The position numbers and the translations under genes were made by a program. The notes under the pieces were generated by a model. The model had not been told where the DNA came from and did no database searches. It saw only the letters and a program-made list of their open reading frames with translations. Positions 42,090-50,640 of a DNA stretch of 64,000 bases are shown piece after piece. This stretch comes from an uncultured Chloroflexia bacterium (lineage in GTDB: Bacteria > Chloroflexota > Limnocylindria > QHBO01). How positions within the stretch are numbered: the stretch's first letter is position 1; each line of letters starts with the position of its first letter. The stretch covers positions 42,864 through 106,863 of the forward strand of contig CAWFCQ010000002.1 in NCBI GenBank assembly GCA_963814375.1, read 5' to 3'.

Positions 42090-42689
42090 AGCTTCCGGGC
42101 TGGGCGATCGCGCTCGTCGCGGAAGTCTGCGCCGCTGCCGGCACCCAGCCGCCACGGCTCACGTGGCGGGCACGGAGAGGGGAGCATTCCACCGGGGTGA
42201 CCCGCCGGGACGCTCGGCGTGGTCTCGGTCCGTGCCGGAACCGATACGCTCGACCAGCGGCTCACCCTGCTGCACGAGCTCGCCCACTGGCTCTCGCCGT
42301 CACCGCGCCGCCATCGTGGCCGGGCGACACACCATGGGCGCGCCTTCTACACGATGGCATTCGACCTCTACCGCCGTCACGGCATTCCCGATGCGGATGC
42401 GCTGCGGCTGGAGTCGGGCCGCTATCGCAGCTCGCTCCGCCACGCTGCCGCCCTCGAGGTCTCGGGGGCCCTCGAGGCTCTGGCCGAGCATCGCGCATCT
42501 CTCCGCGCCCGTCCGCGGCGGCGCTGGCGCGTCCTGGTCGCGGAGCATGTCATCCGTCTCGAGCGCTCCGGGCGGTGGACCGTCTGCTCGCGCTGCGGTC
42601 AGCGCGTCGTTGGCCAGAACCTCGCCCGGCTGCGGCGCACGCGCCGTCCCGTGTCGCACGTCCTGATGACGAGCGCCGAGGCGTCCTGA
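42086..42689 (+). pseudogene. SprT-like zinc metallopeptidase with C-terminal CxxC; split by apparent +1 frameshift at ~42215 (possible sequencing error)
   Basis: MKLPGW...GVTRRDA joins GVVSVRAGTD...LLHELAHW...HHGRAF...CSRC; span 604 nt = 3n+1. Confidence 0.7.
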
Positions 42690-42703
42690 GCGGGCCGCTC
42701 AGG
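42685..42703. terminator. Hairpin between convergent genes
   Basis: CCTGAGCG-ggc-CGCTCAGG spanning both stop codons. Confidence 0.4.
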
Positions 42704-43595
42704 CGGGCGCGCCGACCAAGTCCCTCGCGCGCGCTGCCGCTTCGGCGAGCGCATTCACCGATGCCACCGAGCGCGGGAAGACATGCGTGATGAGGTGGTC
42801 GATTCCGAGCTCGGCGTAACCGGCCAGCCCGGCAGCCATCTCGTCGACCGTGCCGCGCATGGCGTGCTCCGGCGTGTCGGCGTCGGCGCCCTCGAAGGCG
42901 GCGTGGATGCCGGCGGTCAGCGTCAGCGTCGTCGGATCCCTGCCGGCCGCATCGATCGCCGCCCGGAGGTTCGTGAGCCTCGTGCGCAGCTCGTCGGCGG
43001 CTTCCGGGAAGCCGAACCAGGCGCCGTTCCACTGGTCGGCGTGCCGCGCGACGAGGTCGAGCATGCGCGGCTGCTTGCCGGCGATGAGGATCGGCGGCCC
43101 GCCGGGGCGCACGGGACGCGGCAGGAGCTCGGTCTCGGCGCGGTGCCATCGGCCGCTGAAGCTGACCTTCCCGTCGCGCAGCAGTGACGCGATGATGGTC
43201 AGCGCCTCCTCGAACCGGCCGACGCGATGGTCGAACGGGTAGTCGTAGTCGTCGAACTCGGGCTGATGCCAGCCGCAGCCGAGGCCGAGGATGAGCCTGC
43301 CTCCGCTGACGTCGTCGAGCTCGGCGGCCATCTTGGCGGTGAGCGCCGGGTTGCGGAACGGCGTCGCCAGCACGAGCGGTCCGATCTCGACGCGGCTCGT
43401 CACCGCGGCGACTGCCGTGAGCACGGTCCAGGCCTCGTGGATCCCGACGACCTCCTCGCCGTCGCGGAAGATGAGGTGGTCGGGCAACCAGACGGAGTCG
43501 AGTCCGCCGGCCTCGGCGGCCAGTGCCATCTGCTTGATGTCGTCGTAGCCGGCCACGTCATCGTCGCCGAGGGGGAGCATCAGTCCGATCTTCAT
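42699..43595 (-). CDS. LLM class flavin-dependent oxidoreductase
   Basis: MKIGLMLP, SVWLPDH, RNPALTAKMAAELDDVSGGRLILGLGCGW, PILIAG. Confidence 0.9.
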   Translation of the reverse strand: MKIGLMLPLGDDDVAGYDDIKQMALAAEAGGLDSVWLPDHLIFRDGEEVVGIHEAWTVLTAVAAVTSRVEIGPLVLATPFRNPALTAKMAAELDDVSGGRLILGLGCGWHQPEFDDYDYPFDHRVGRFEEALTIIASLLRDGKVSFSGRWHRAETELLPRPVRPGGPPILIAGKQPRMLDLVARHADQWNGAWFGFPEAADELRTRLTNLRAAIDAAGRDPTTLTLTAGIHAAFEGADADTPEHAMRGTVDEMAAGLAGYAELGIDHLITHVFPRSVASVNALAEAAARARDLVGAPA

Positions 43596-43645
43596 GGTGC
43601 TCATGCTAGCGTCGCGCCTCGGACGCATCGGTCTACCGTAGGCCG

Positions 43646-44764
43646 ATGTCCGATCTGCCCCTCACCGGGATCCGCGTCGCAGACCTGAGCCGGGTTTTGG
43701 CCGGGCCGTTCGCGACGATGCTGCTGGGCGATCTCGGCGCGGACGTCATCAAGGTCGAGCCGCCGGATGGTGACGAGACCCGGACATGGGGACCGCCGTG
43801 GTGGGGGGATCCGTCAGATCGGCGTAGCGCCTATTTCGCATCGGTCAATCGCAACAAGCGCAGCATCGTGCTCGACCTGCGCACCGATGAAGGTCGCGTC
43901 ACCCTGGACCGCCTCCTGGCGCGCAGCGATCTGCTCGTCCACAACTACCGGCCGTCGACCGCCCTTCGCCTGGGCCTCGAGACCGATGCGCTCCGCGAGC
44001 GCCACCCTGACCTCGTTGTCGCCACCGTGGGTGGCTTTCCCGGCGCCGATGCCGAACGTCCCGCCTACGACCTGCTGGCGCAGGCGGTCTCCGGGCTGAT
44101 GTCGGTGACCGGGGAGGCCGATGGTCCGCCGATGAAGGTCGGCGTGGCGCTGCTCGACCTCATCGCCGGGCTCGAGTGCGCCGTCGGGGCGCTCGCCGCG
44201 CTCGTCGGTCGCGGTCGCGGTTCGGGCGTCGCCACCGTGCAGGTGAACCTCGTCGAGGCAGGCGTCACCTCGCTGATCAACGTCCTCGGCAACTACCTCG
44301 CGACCGGCGTCGAGCCTGGGCGACATGGCAATGCGCATCCGAACATCGCGCCGTATCAGGCGTTCTCGGCGCGCGACGGCCATCTCGTGATCGCCGTTGG
44401 TAACGACGCGCAGTTCGGTCGGCTCCTCGCCGCACTCGGGCTCGAGGATCCCGACGGGCGTTTCGCGACGAACGCGCTGCGGGTGGCCGCGCGCGAGGAG
44501 CTGTCGGCGTGGCTCGGCGGAGCGATCGGACGATGGGAGCGTGGTCAGCTCGTGGCCGCGCTGTCCGAGGCCGACGTGCCCGCGGGGCCGGTCAACAATG
44601 TGCCCGACGCACTTTCGGCTATGGGCGACGGATGGGTTAAGGAGCTCGACGGTGTGCGCGTGGCGCCCGGTCCGATGCGCATCGACGATCAGCTCACGCC
44701 GCTGCGACGACCATCCCCACGCCTGGGCGAGCACACCGACGAGGTGCTCGCGGAACTCGAATGA
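43646..44764 (+). CDS. CaiB/BaiF (class III) CoA transferase
   Basis: PLTGIRVADLSRVLAGPF, LGDLGADVIKVE, NRNKRSI, YDLLAQAVSGLM, PRLGEHT. Confidence 0.93.
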   Translation: MSDLPLTGIRVADLSRVLAGPFATMLLGDLGADVIKVEPPDGDETRTWGPPWWGDPSDRRSAYFASVNRNKRSIVLDLRTDEGRVTLDRLLARSDLLVHNYRPSTALRLGLETDALRERHPDLVVATVGGFPGADAERPAYDLLAQAVSGLMSVTGEADGPPMKVGVALLDLIAGLECAVGALAALVGRGRGSGVATVQVNLVEAGVTSLINVLGNYLATGVEPGRHGNAHPNIAPYQAFSARDGHLVIAVGNDAQFGRLLAALGLEDPDGRFATNALRVAAREELSAWLGGAIGRWERGQLVAALSEADVPAGPVNNVPDALSAMGDGWVKELDGVRVAPGPMRIDDQLTPLRRPSPRLGEHTDEVLAELE

Positions 44765-44768
44765 GGAA

Positions 44769-44844
44769 TGGAGCGGGAGACGGGATTCGAACCCGCGACA
44801 GCCGGCTTGGAAGGCCGGTACTCTTCCAACTGAGTTACTCCCGC
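44769..44844 (-). tRNA. tRNA-Gly(TCC), 76 nt, CCA encoded
   Basis: Reverse complement GCGGGAGTAACTCAGTTGGAAGAGTACCGGCCTTCCAAGCCGGCTGTCGCGGGTTCGAATCCCGTCTCCCGCTCCA; acceptor stem GCGGGAG/CTCCCGC, anticodon arm CCGGC-CTTCCAA-GCCGG, GGTTCGAATCC T-arm. Confidence 0.97.
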
Positions 44845-45461
44845 GCGGAGCGCGCTACCCACGTCCTCAGACGGTGGCAGTTCGCGCAGACGATATCGCA
44901 TTTCGCGACCTCGCCCAAGATTGTCGCAGTGGACTGCCGGCCGACCATTCGCGTAACCGTATAGAGCTTGTCGGCAGGATCGCGGTGATCGAAGTCCATC
45001 GAGCATGCCTCGAAGCGTCCGCTGCAGTCTGCGCACGGCACGTCGCGAAGCCCGTCCAGGAGTCTGACCTGCTCTCTCCATTTCCGGAGCCTCAGGACCT
45101 GCGAAGGCGCCTTCGACGCATCCCTTCTCGGTCGCCTGCGCTCTGTGTCGCGAGTCCGGAGTCGGTGGCAGTTGACGCAGACGATGTCGCATTTCGCTAC
45201 TTCCGCGAGAACCCGCTGCGTGGACATGAGCATCGCGCGGCCGGTCATCACGTTGAATGACTTCGTCGACGGATCTCGATGGTCGAAGTCCATCTGGTGA
45301 GGCTTGAGCTGCCTGCCGCAATCCGTGCACGGGACGCGTCGCAGGTCGCGGAGGAGCTCGACCATGCCCGCCTGCCGAACTCGCACGCGCTGGAGCTCGA
45401 GCTCGCGATTCCGCGCGTAGTACTCGACGTTGTATGGGCGTTGGCTGCGTCTGCGCGACAT
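44835..45461 (-). CDS. Tandem double HNH (betabetaalpha-Me) zinc-finger endonuclease-like protein (208 aa)
   Basis: Two internal repeats each with CxxC...MDFDHRDP...EVAKCDIVC(V/A)NCHRLRT; basic N-terminal helix; consensus promoter immediately upstream. Confidence 0.85.
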   Translation of the reverse strand: MSRRRSQRPYNVEYYARNRELELQRVRVRQAGMVELLRDLRRVPCTDCGRQLKPHQMDFDHRDPSTKSFNVMTGRAMLMSTQRVLAEVAKCDIVCVNCHRLRTRDTERRRPRRDASKAPSQVLRLRKWREQVRLLDGLRDVPCADCSGRFEACSMDFDHRDPADKLYTVTRMVGRQSTATILGEVAKCDIVCANCHRLRTWVARSARE

Positions 45462-45466
45462 GCACG

Positions 45467-45485
45467 ATTATAGCACAGATGTTCT
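45467..45485 (-). promoter_or_regulatory. Extended -10 promoter (TGcTATAAT) overlapped by a putative LexA/SOS box (AGAAC-ATCT-GTGCT)
   Basis: Minus strand reads TAGAACATCTGTGCTATAATCGTGC-ATG; TATAAT ends 5 nt before ATG 45461; box differs by one base from AGAAC-N4-GTTCT. Confidence 0.75.
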
Positions 45486-45637
45486 ATTTACCCTCACAAA
45501 GGTGGCGCGGACGGCCATGCAATCCACCGAACTCCTCTTGACCGCACACCTAGACTTACGCCGCGGCCCGGCAACATGAGCCAGGCGGGAGGCTCCTGAC
45601 CGGACCGTTCGGGGGGCACACCGAGGAGGATTGGCAC

Positions 45638-47224
45638 GTGACAGCTACTGCGCAGTCCCCGGACCCAGCGTCCCCGACCCTCGCGCGCAACGCCATCGGC
45701 CTTACCGAGGTCCTGTTCCAGTCGATCACGCACATGGCGCCGGCCGTCGCCACTGCGATCTCGATCGGCGCCGCGACCGCCTTCGCCGGCGGGATCACGC
45801 CGCTCGCCCTTGTGTTCGCCATGATCGCGGTGCTCTTCACCGCATATTCGATGAGCGAGCTGGCGCGTCACCTGCCCTCGGCGGGTGGGATGTACACCTA
45901 TGTCGGGCGCGGGCTCGGCTCGTTCTTCGGCTGGCTGGTCGCCTGGTCGTTCGCCTTCGCCGAGCCCCTGATCATGCCGATTCTGCTCGGCGGCTTCGGC
46001 TTCTACGGGGCGATCTTCCTGTCGACCTACCTCGGCATCGAGTTCGAGATGGCCTGGATCGTCCTGGCGCTCGTGTGTGCGGCGCTCGTGTGGTTCCTCA
46101 ACTACCGCGGCATCGCGCTCTCGACTCGAACGGGAGTGGCCCTCGGCCTGATCGAGATCGGGATCTTCCTGCTCATCTCGACGCTCCTGATCGTCAACGC
46201 CGAGGAGAACACGCTGAGTGTCTTCGTCCCCGGGGAGGCGGGCCTGCTTCCGGCGTTCCAGGGGATGATCTTCTGCCTCCTGGCATTCATCGGCTTCGAG
46301 GCCGCCGCCCCGCTCGGCGAGGAGACGGAGGAACCGCGGCGCACGATCCCGAAGGCGGTGATCTACTCGGCGGTCCTCGTCGGCGTCTTCTATGTCTTCA
46401 ACATGTACGCCGCGACGGTGTACTTCGGTCCCGACAACATGACCGACTTCCTGGCTGCCAATGACGGCGACCCGTGGGGTGGGATGGCGACCGAGGTGAT
46501 GGGCACGCTCGGCGGCCTGCTCGTGATCTTCGCGATCCTCAACAGCTGCATCGCGAACGCGAACTCGAGCGCAACGGCGGCCACGCGTTCACTGTTCGCG
46601 ATGGGCCGGGCCACCCTGATCACGCGCTGGTTCGCAACGATCCACCCGACATACAGGTCACCGGTGAACGCGGTCCACTTCCAGACGATTCTGGCGGTCA
46701 TCGTCGCCATCGGGATCGGGCTCGCCCTCCCTGACGACCCGATTCCGGGAGCACCCGGGCTCAACGTCTACATCTGGCTCGGGACCGCCGTCGGGCTGCT
46801 GTTTGCCGGGATGTACATCCTGGTGAATCTCGCCTGCATCGGCTACTTCCTGCGCGAGGGCAGGAGCGAGTTCAACCCGCTGAAGCACGTGGTGGTGCCG
46901 ATCCTCGGCGTGATCGCGATGATCCCGGCGGTATTGGCCGTGATCGGCGGCGTCACCATCCCGATCCTCGATGTCGAGCTCGCCCCGTACGAGAACTCGC
47001 TGCGCTGGACGGCACCGGTCGTCGGCGTGTGGGTCCTGCTCGGGATCGTCTTCTACTTCGTGCTCCGGGCCAGGAACCCGGAGGCGCTGGAGCGCGTGGA
47101 CGATGTCTACGGCGGCGAGGATGCACCCGGTCGAGCAGCCCGCCAGCTCCTGACCGATGCGGGCCGGCGGACGACCGCCGGCCCGTTCGCTACGCGAAGA
47201 TCCCGAGGGGGCAGTGGGCGGTGA
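45638..47224 (+). CDS. APC-family amino acid permease (native stop probably 47153; apparent +1 in CCC run 47126-47128)
   Basis: SITHMAPA, PSAGGMYTY, FIGFEAAAPLGEE; GAGGAGG RBS; removing one C gives DAPVEQPASS-stop just before the hairpin at 47160. Confidence 0.9.
   Translation: MTATAQSPDPASPTLARNAIGLTEVLFQSITHMAPAVATAISIGAATAFAGGITPLALVFAMIAVLFTAYSMSELARHLPSAGGMYTYVGRGLGSFFGWLVAWSFAFAEPLIMPILLGGFGFYGAIFLSTYLGIEFEMAWIVLALVCAALVWFLNYRGIALSTRTGVALGLIEIGIFLLISTLLIVNAEENTLSVFVPGEAGLLPAFQGMIFCLLAFIGFEAAAPLGEETEEPRRTIPKAVIYSAVLVGVFYVFNMYAATVYFGPDNMTDFLAANDGDPWGGMATEVMGTLGGLLVIFAILNSCIANANSSATAATRSLFAMGRATLITRWFATIHPTYRSPVNAVHFQTILAVIVAIGIGLALPDDPIPGAPGLNVYIWLGTAVGLLFAGMYILVNLACIGYFLREGRSEFNPLKHVVVPILGVIAMIPAVLAVIGGVTIPILDVELAPYENSLRWTAPVVGVWVLLGIVFYFVLRARNPEALERVDDVYGGEDAPGRAARQLLTDAGRRTTAGPFATRRSRGGSGR
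47160..47185. terminator. Hairpin between convergent permease and amidase genes
   Basis: CGGGCCGGCGG-acga-CCGCCGGCCCG perfect 11-bp stem. Confidence 0.6.
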
Positions 47225-48131
47225 CGACGAAGTTCGGCACGTCCACGATCTCGCTGATGCGCAGGTCCACCGCGACCGAGCACAGCAGGTAGGCCTGGAT
47301 CGGGTCGAGGTCGTGCTCGCGACCCAGCCACTCGATCATGCGCGAGATCGCGTCGCGCGAGGCGGTCATCAGGTCCGGCCCGATGCCGTCGGTGGCGTAC
47401 CTCGCGCCGTTGCGCAGCGCGGCATGCGGGTCGGGTGCGGCGACGAACTCGGGCCCGGTGACGTGGAGGTCCTTGCGCACGCTGAGGCGGACGAGCGCGC
47501 GCATCGGCGTCTCGATGGCCGTGCCCGAGACCTCGCCGTCGCCCTGGGTTGCATGCCCATCGCCTATCGAGAAGCGAGCTCCCGCATGGAATACCGGCAG
47601 GAAGAGGCTCGAGCCGGCGACGAGGTGGCGGGTGTCCATGTTGCCACCGTGCAGGTCGGGCGGAATGGTCGAGAGCGGCCCGGTCTCTGGCGCGACCCCG
47701 AGCTCTCCGCAGAAGGGCGCGAGGGGCAGCCGGATGCCCGGCCAGAACTCGACGCGGTCGGCGCCCGGGTCGAGGCGCGTGATCTTGAGCGAGGCGTTCG
47801 GGAAGTCGTCCGCCATGAGCCCGAAGCCGGGGATCGAGGCGGTCCAGCCCCAGTCCGCGGGCTCGAACTCGAGGAGGTCGACCTGGAGGGTGTCGCCCGG
47901 CTCGGCGCCGGCGACCTCGACCGGACCGGTGACCTGGTCGACGCTCGCGAAGTCGAGGGTCGCCAGCGCGTCGGTCGTCGAGTCCGCGGTGATCTGGCCG
48001 TTGGAGGCATCGAGGCAGTCGAACTCGACCACGTCGCCCGACCCGACTGTCGCCACCGGTTCGATGGCCGGATCCCAGGCCAGGTGGTTCTGATCGGCGC
48101 CGATGCGTGTCGCCGGACCAGCAGAGCCCAT
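47190..48131 (-). CDS. Acetamidase/formamidase family protein
   Basis: TGPVEVAGAEPGDTL, HGGNMDTRHL, GDGHATQGDGEVSGTAIE, AYLLCSVAVDLRISEIVD. Confidence 0.92.
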   Translation of the reverse strand: MGSAGPATRIGADQNHLAWDPAIEPVATVGSGDVVEFDCLDASNGQITADSTTDALATLDFASVDQVTGPVEVAGAEPGDTLQVDLLEFEPADWGWTASIPGFGLMADDFPNASLKITRLDPGADRVEFWPGIRLPLAPFCGELGVAPETGPLSTIPPDLHGGNMDTRHLVAGSSLFLPVFHAGARFSIGDGHATQGDGEVSGTAIETPMRALVRLSVRKDLHVTGPEFVAAPDPHAALRNGARYATDGIGPDLMTASRDAISRMIEWLGREHDLDPIQAYLLCSVAVDLRISEIVDVPNFVVTAHCPLGIFA

Positions 48132-48142
48132 GGGTCGACCTC

Positions 48143-48439
48143 CTACTCGATCTTGATCTCTTCGTGCTGGCTGCCGGTCTTCTCCTTGGCCTCGGCCTCG
48201 TCGAGGCGCTCGATCCAGCGATCGAGGTACACCCGCGCGGCGAGCAGCTGCTCGCGGCCCGCGGTCTTGAGGTGCTTCCGGGCCTCTTCGGGGAAGACGG
48301 CATGCATCACGGCCCAGAAGGCGCTCTCCATCCCGCTGCGGCTGTCGTCCACGGTGGATCGCCAGGTGCTCCGCTTCTCGAGCTCGGCGATGCGCGACTC
48401 GAGCTGTGCGGTTCGGTCGGTGGGCTGTTCATCGGTCAC
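48143..48439 (-). CDS. Small helical/coiled-coil hypothetical protein coupled to the ArsA/Get3 ATPase
   Basis: GTGA overlap with upstream stop; QLESRIAELEKR, HLKTAGREQLLAARVYLDRWIERL, C-terminal HEEIKIE. Confidence 0.7.
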   Translation of the reverse strand: MTDEQPTDRTAQLESRIAELEKRSTWRSTVDDSRSGMESAFWAVMHAVFPEEARKHLKTAGREQLLAARVYLDRWIERLDEAEAKEKTGSQHEEIKIE

Positions 48440-49629
48440 GACGGTGTCTCCTGTTCGCGGGCGGTCCCGCTGCCGAATCGGATCCTGAGGGTGCCGTCCT
48501 CGAACTTCGCGCCGCTCGTCGGCGCGTCCACGAGGAGCCGAGGAAGGATGAGCGTCCGTCGCCACGTGCCGAGGTCGATGATGAGCTCGTCGCCATGGCG
48601 TGAGAGATGGATCTGCTGCTTCTCGGTGAAGGGTAGATCGACCGACAGCAGGAAGGTGCCGTTGTCGCGGACGACCTCGTAGGGACGCCCTCGGTAGAAG
48701 AAGGCGGTCGGGTCGGCATCGGCGTACAGCGCGTTGGACAGCTCGCGGAGCAGATCGACGCCGACCATCTCGCGGTCGAAGAAGGGCGCCTTCTTGACCG
48801 GGATCGGATGGAACGTCTTCTCCACGAGCGGGCCGTAGCGCTGCTGGGCCTCGTACCAGCCGCGGAAGTACTCGCCGACCTCGTCGGGCAGCACGCGGTT
48901 CGCGACGACGAGGTCGGTGGGGTAGCCGTAGAGGTGGAAGTAGGTGAACGAGCGCTGTGCCTCGGCGATGACGACCTGCTCGAGCGTCAGCACCACGCGG
49001 ACGGACGTGGTGTCGCGATCCGTCAGGAGCGTATGCATGTGCTCGAGGCGCGCGAACAGCTCCTCGCCGGCGTCGAAGACGTCGTCGCCGGGCATCGGCA
49101 TGCCGACCACACGCTGGATCAGCGGGCCGGTGAGCTTGGTGATGCGCCGGGTGAGCGGCTCGATGCGCTGCATCCACCAGCGCGCCGCGTCGGGCAGCGA
49201 CAGCAGGCGCAGCGTCTCGCCGGTGGGGGCGGAGTCGACGACCACGACGTCGTAGGCGCCCGAGTCGTGATGGTCCGCGATCCACAGCAGGGCTCCGACC
49301 TCGTCCATGCCGGGCAGGACGGTCATCTCCTCCGCCATCACGTCATCCAGCCCTCTCCAGCGCAGGACCGATGCGGCGTACTGCTGGATGCGACCCCAGT
49401 AGCGCGTGACGTTGAAGAAGACGTCCGACTCCTGCGCCCACAGGTTCGGCACGATCTCGCGCGGGGTTGGACCGAGCTCGAGGTCGAAGGCGTCGCCCAG
49501 GCTGTGGGCGATGTCGGTCGACATCACGATCGTGCGGTAGCCACGATCGGCGCATGCCAGGGCAGTCGCGGCGGCGACGCTTGTCTTGCCGACGCCGCCC
49601 TTACCGGTGTAGAGGAGGATGCGCGTCAC
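48436..49629 (-). CDS. ArsA/Get3-family ATPase with C-terminal HSP20-like domain
   Basis: GKGGVGKT, STDIAHSLGD, LPGMDE, VDSAPTGET, single ATPase domain, C-terminal DELII.LG..RR.L.LP alpha-crystallin-like segment. Confidence 0.9.
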   Translation of the reverse strand: MTRILLYTGKGGVGKTSVAAATALACADRGYRTIVMSTDIAHSLGDAFDLELGPTPREIVPNLWAQESDVFFNVTRYWGRIQQYAASVLRWRGLDDVMAEEMTVLPGMDEVGALLWIADHHDSGAYDVVVVDSAPTGETLRLLSLPDAARWWMQRIEPLTRRITKLTGPLIQRVVGMPMPGDDVFDAGEELFARLEHMHTLLTDRDTTSVRVVLTLEQVVIAEAQRSFTYFHLYGYPTDLVVANRVLPDEVGEYFRGWYEAQQRYGPLVEKTFHPIPVKKAPFFDREMVGVDLLRELSNALYADADPTAFFYRGRPYEVVRDNGTFLLSVDLPFTEKQQIHLSRHGDELIIDLGTWRRTLILPRLLVDAPTSGAKFEDGTLRIRFGSGTAREQETPS

Positions 49630-49695
49630 GGCGCGGGAACGCCTCCGATGCGAGCGTCGATTCTACCGACGTCCGAGGCTCAGGAACGTCCGTCG

Positions 49696-50640
49696 TCAGG
49701 TTCCGGCCAGCTGCTCGACGACGGCATCGAGCTCGCCGACCTCGCCGACCATGATCGACGTGATCCCGAGCTCATCCCGGAGCCTTCGGAACTTCTCGAC
49801 GAAGCCGTCCGCGGTGTTGATGAAGATGTGCGGCGAGTCGAGCAGCTCCTCCGCCGTGATCGGCACGCCGCTCCGCTCGGTGAGGCGCTCGGCGACCTCG
49901 CCGGCCTCGCGCAGCGGTGCATCGGTGACGCTGATGCCGGTCATTGACGGGTAGATGTTGAGCTCGAGGGTCTCGAACCGATCGCCCGCCGCCTGCCGCA
50001 CCCAGTCGATCTTCTCGCGGGTGCCCTCGATGGTCACCGAAGACGGATCGGCGGCTCCGACGGGCAGGATTCTTGGCGCCATCCCGACGATCTGCGCCTC
50101 GCGTGCCGCGAGCTCGAGGGTCCGCCTCCCGCCGCCGCCGATGAGGATCGGCGGATGTGGCTTCTGGATCGGCTTTGGCTGAGCGTCGTACTCGCGGATC
50201 GTGTAGTGCTCGCCGGCGAAGCTGAACGGCTCGTCCGCGAAGCAACGCTTGAGGATGGTGACGGCCTCCGCCAGGCGCGCCTGACGCACGGGCGTCGGAT
50301 CGAACGGCAGGCCGATCGCCTCGTACTCTGGGCGGTTCCAGCCGGCGCCGATGGCGACGTCGAGCCGCCCCTCGCTGAGGATGTCGAGGCTCGCCAGGTC
50401 CTGCGCCAGCACGGCGGGATGGCGGAGGTCGTTGTTCAGGACGAATGCGCTGATGCGCAGGGTCTCGCTGATCGCGGCGATGGCCGCCATCGTCGGCGCC
50501 GGCGAGAGCTGCGGGATGAGGTGATCGGGCACGACCAGCGTGTCGATCCCGATGGCCTCGGCGCGGCGGACCGTCTCGGTCAGCTCTCGGATGCTGGCGA
50601 TGCCCCGCGCATCGGCGAGGAAGCGGAACGGACGAGCCAT
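49696..50640 (-). CDS. LLM class, probable F420-dependent oxidoreductase (TIGR03621-like)
   Basis: MARPFRF, VLNNDLRHPAVLAQDLASLDILSEGRLDVAIGAGW, PILIGGGGRRTLELAAREA. Confidence 0.88.
   Translation of the reverse strand: MARPFRFLADARGIASIRELTETVRRAEAIGIDTLVVPDHLIPQLSPAPTMAAIAAISETLRISAFVLNNDLRHPAVLAQDLASLDILSEGRLDVAIGAGWNRPEYEAIGLPFDPTPVRQARLAEAVTILKRCFADEPFSFAGEHYTIREYDAQPKPIQKPHPPILIGGGGRRTLELAAREAQIVGMAPRILPVGAADPSSVTIEGTREKIDWVRQAAGDRFETLELNIYPSMTGISVTDAPLREAGEVAERLTERSGVPITAEELLDSPHIFINTADGFVEKFRRLRDELGITSIMVGEVGELDAVVEQLAGT

Noticed and set aside
44700-45640. Integrative element or prophage attachment at tRNA-Gly
   Set aside because: There is no integrase and no duplicated tRNA 3' segment. 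The tRNA 3' end abuts the CoA-transferase stop only 4 nt away.
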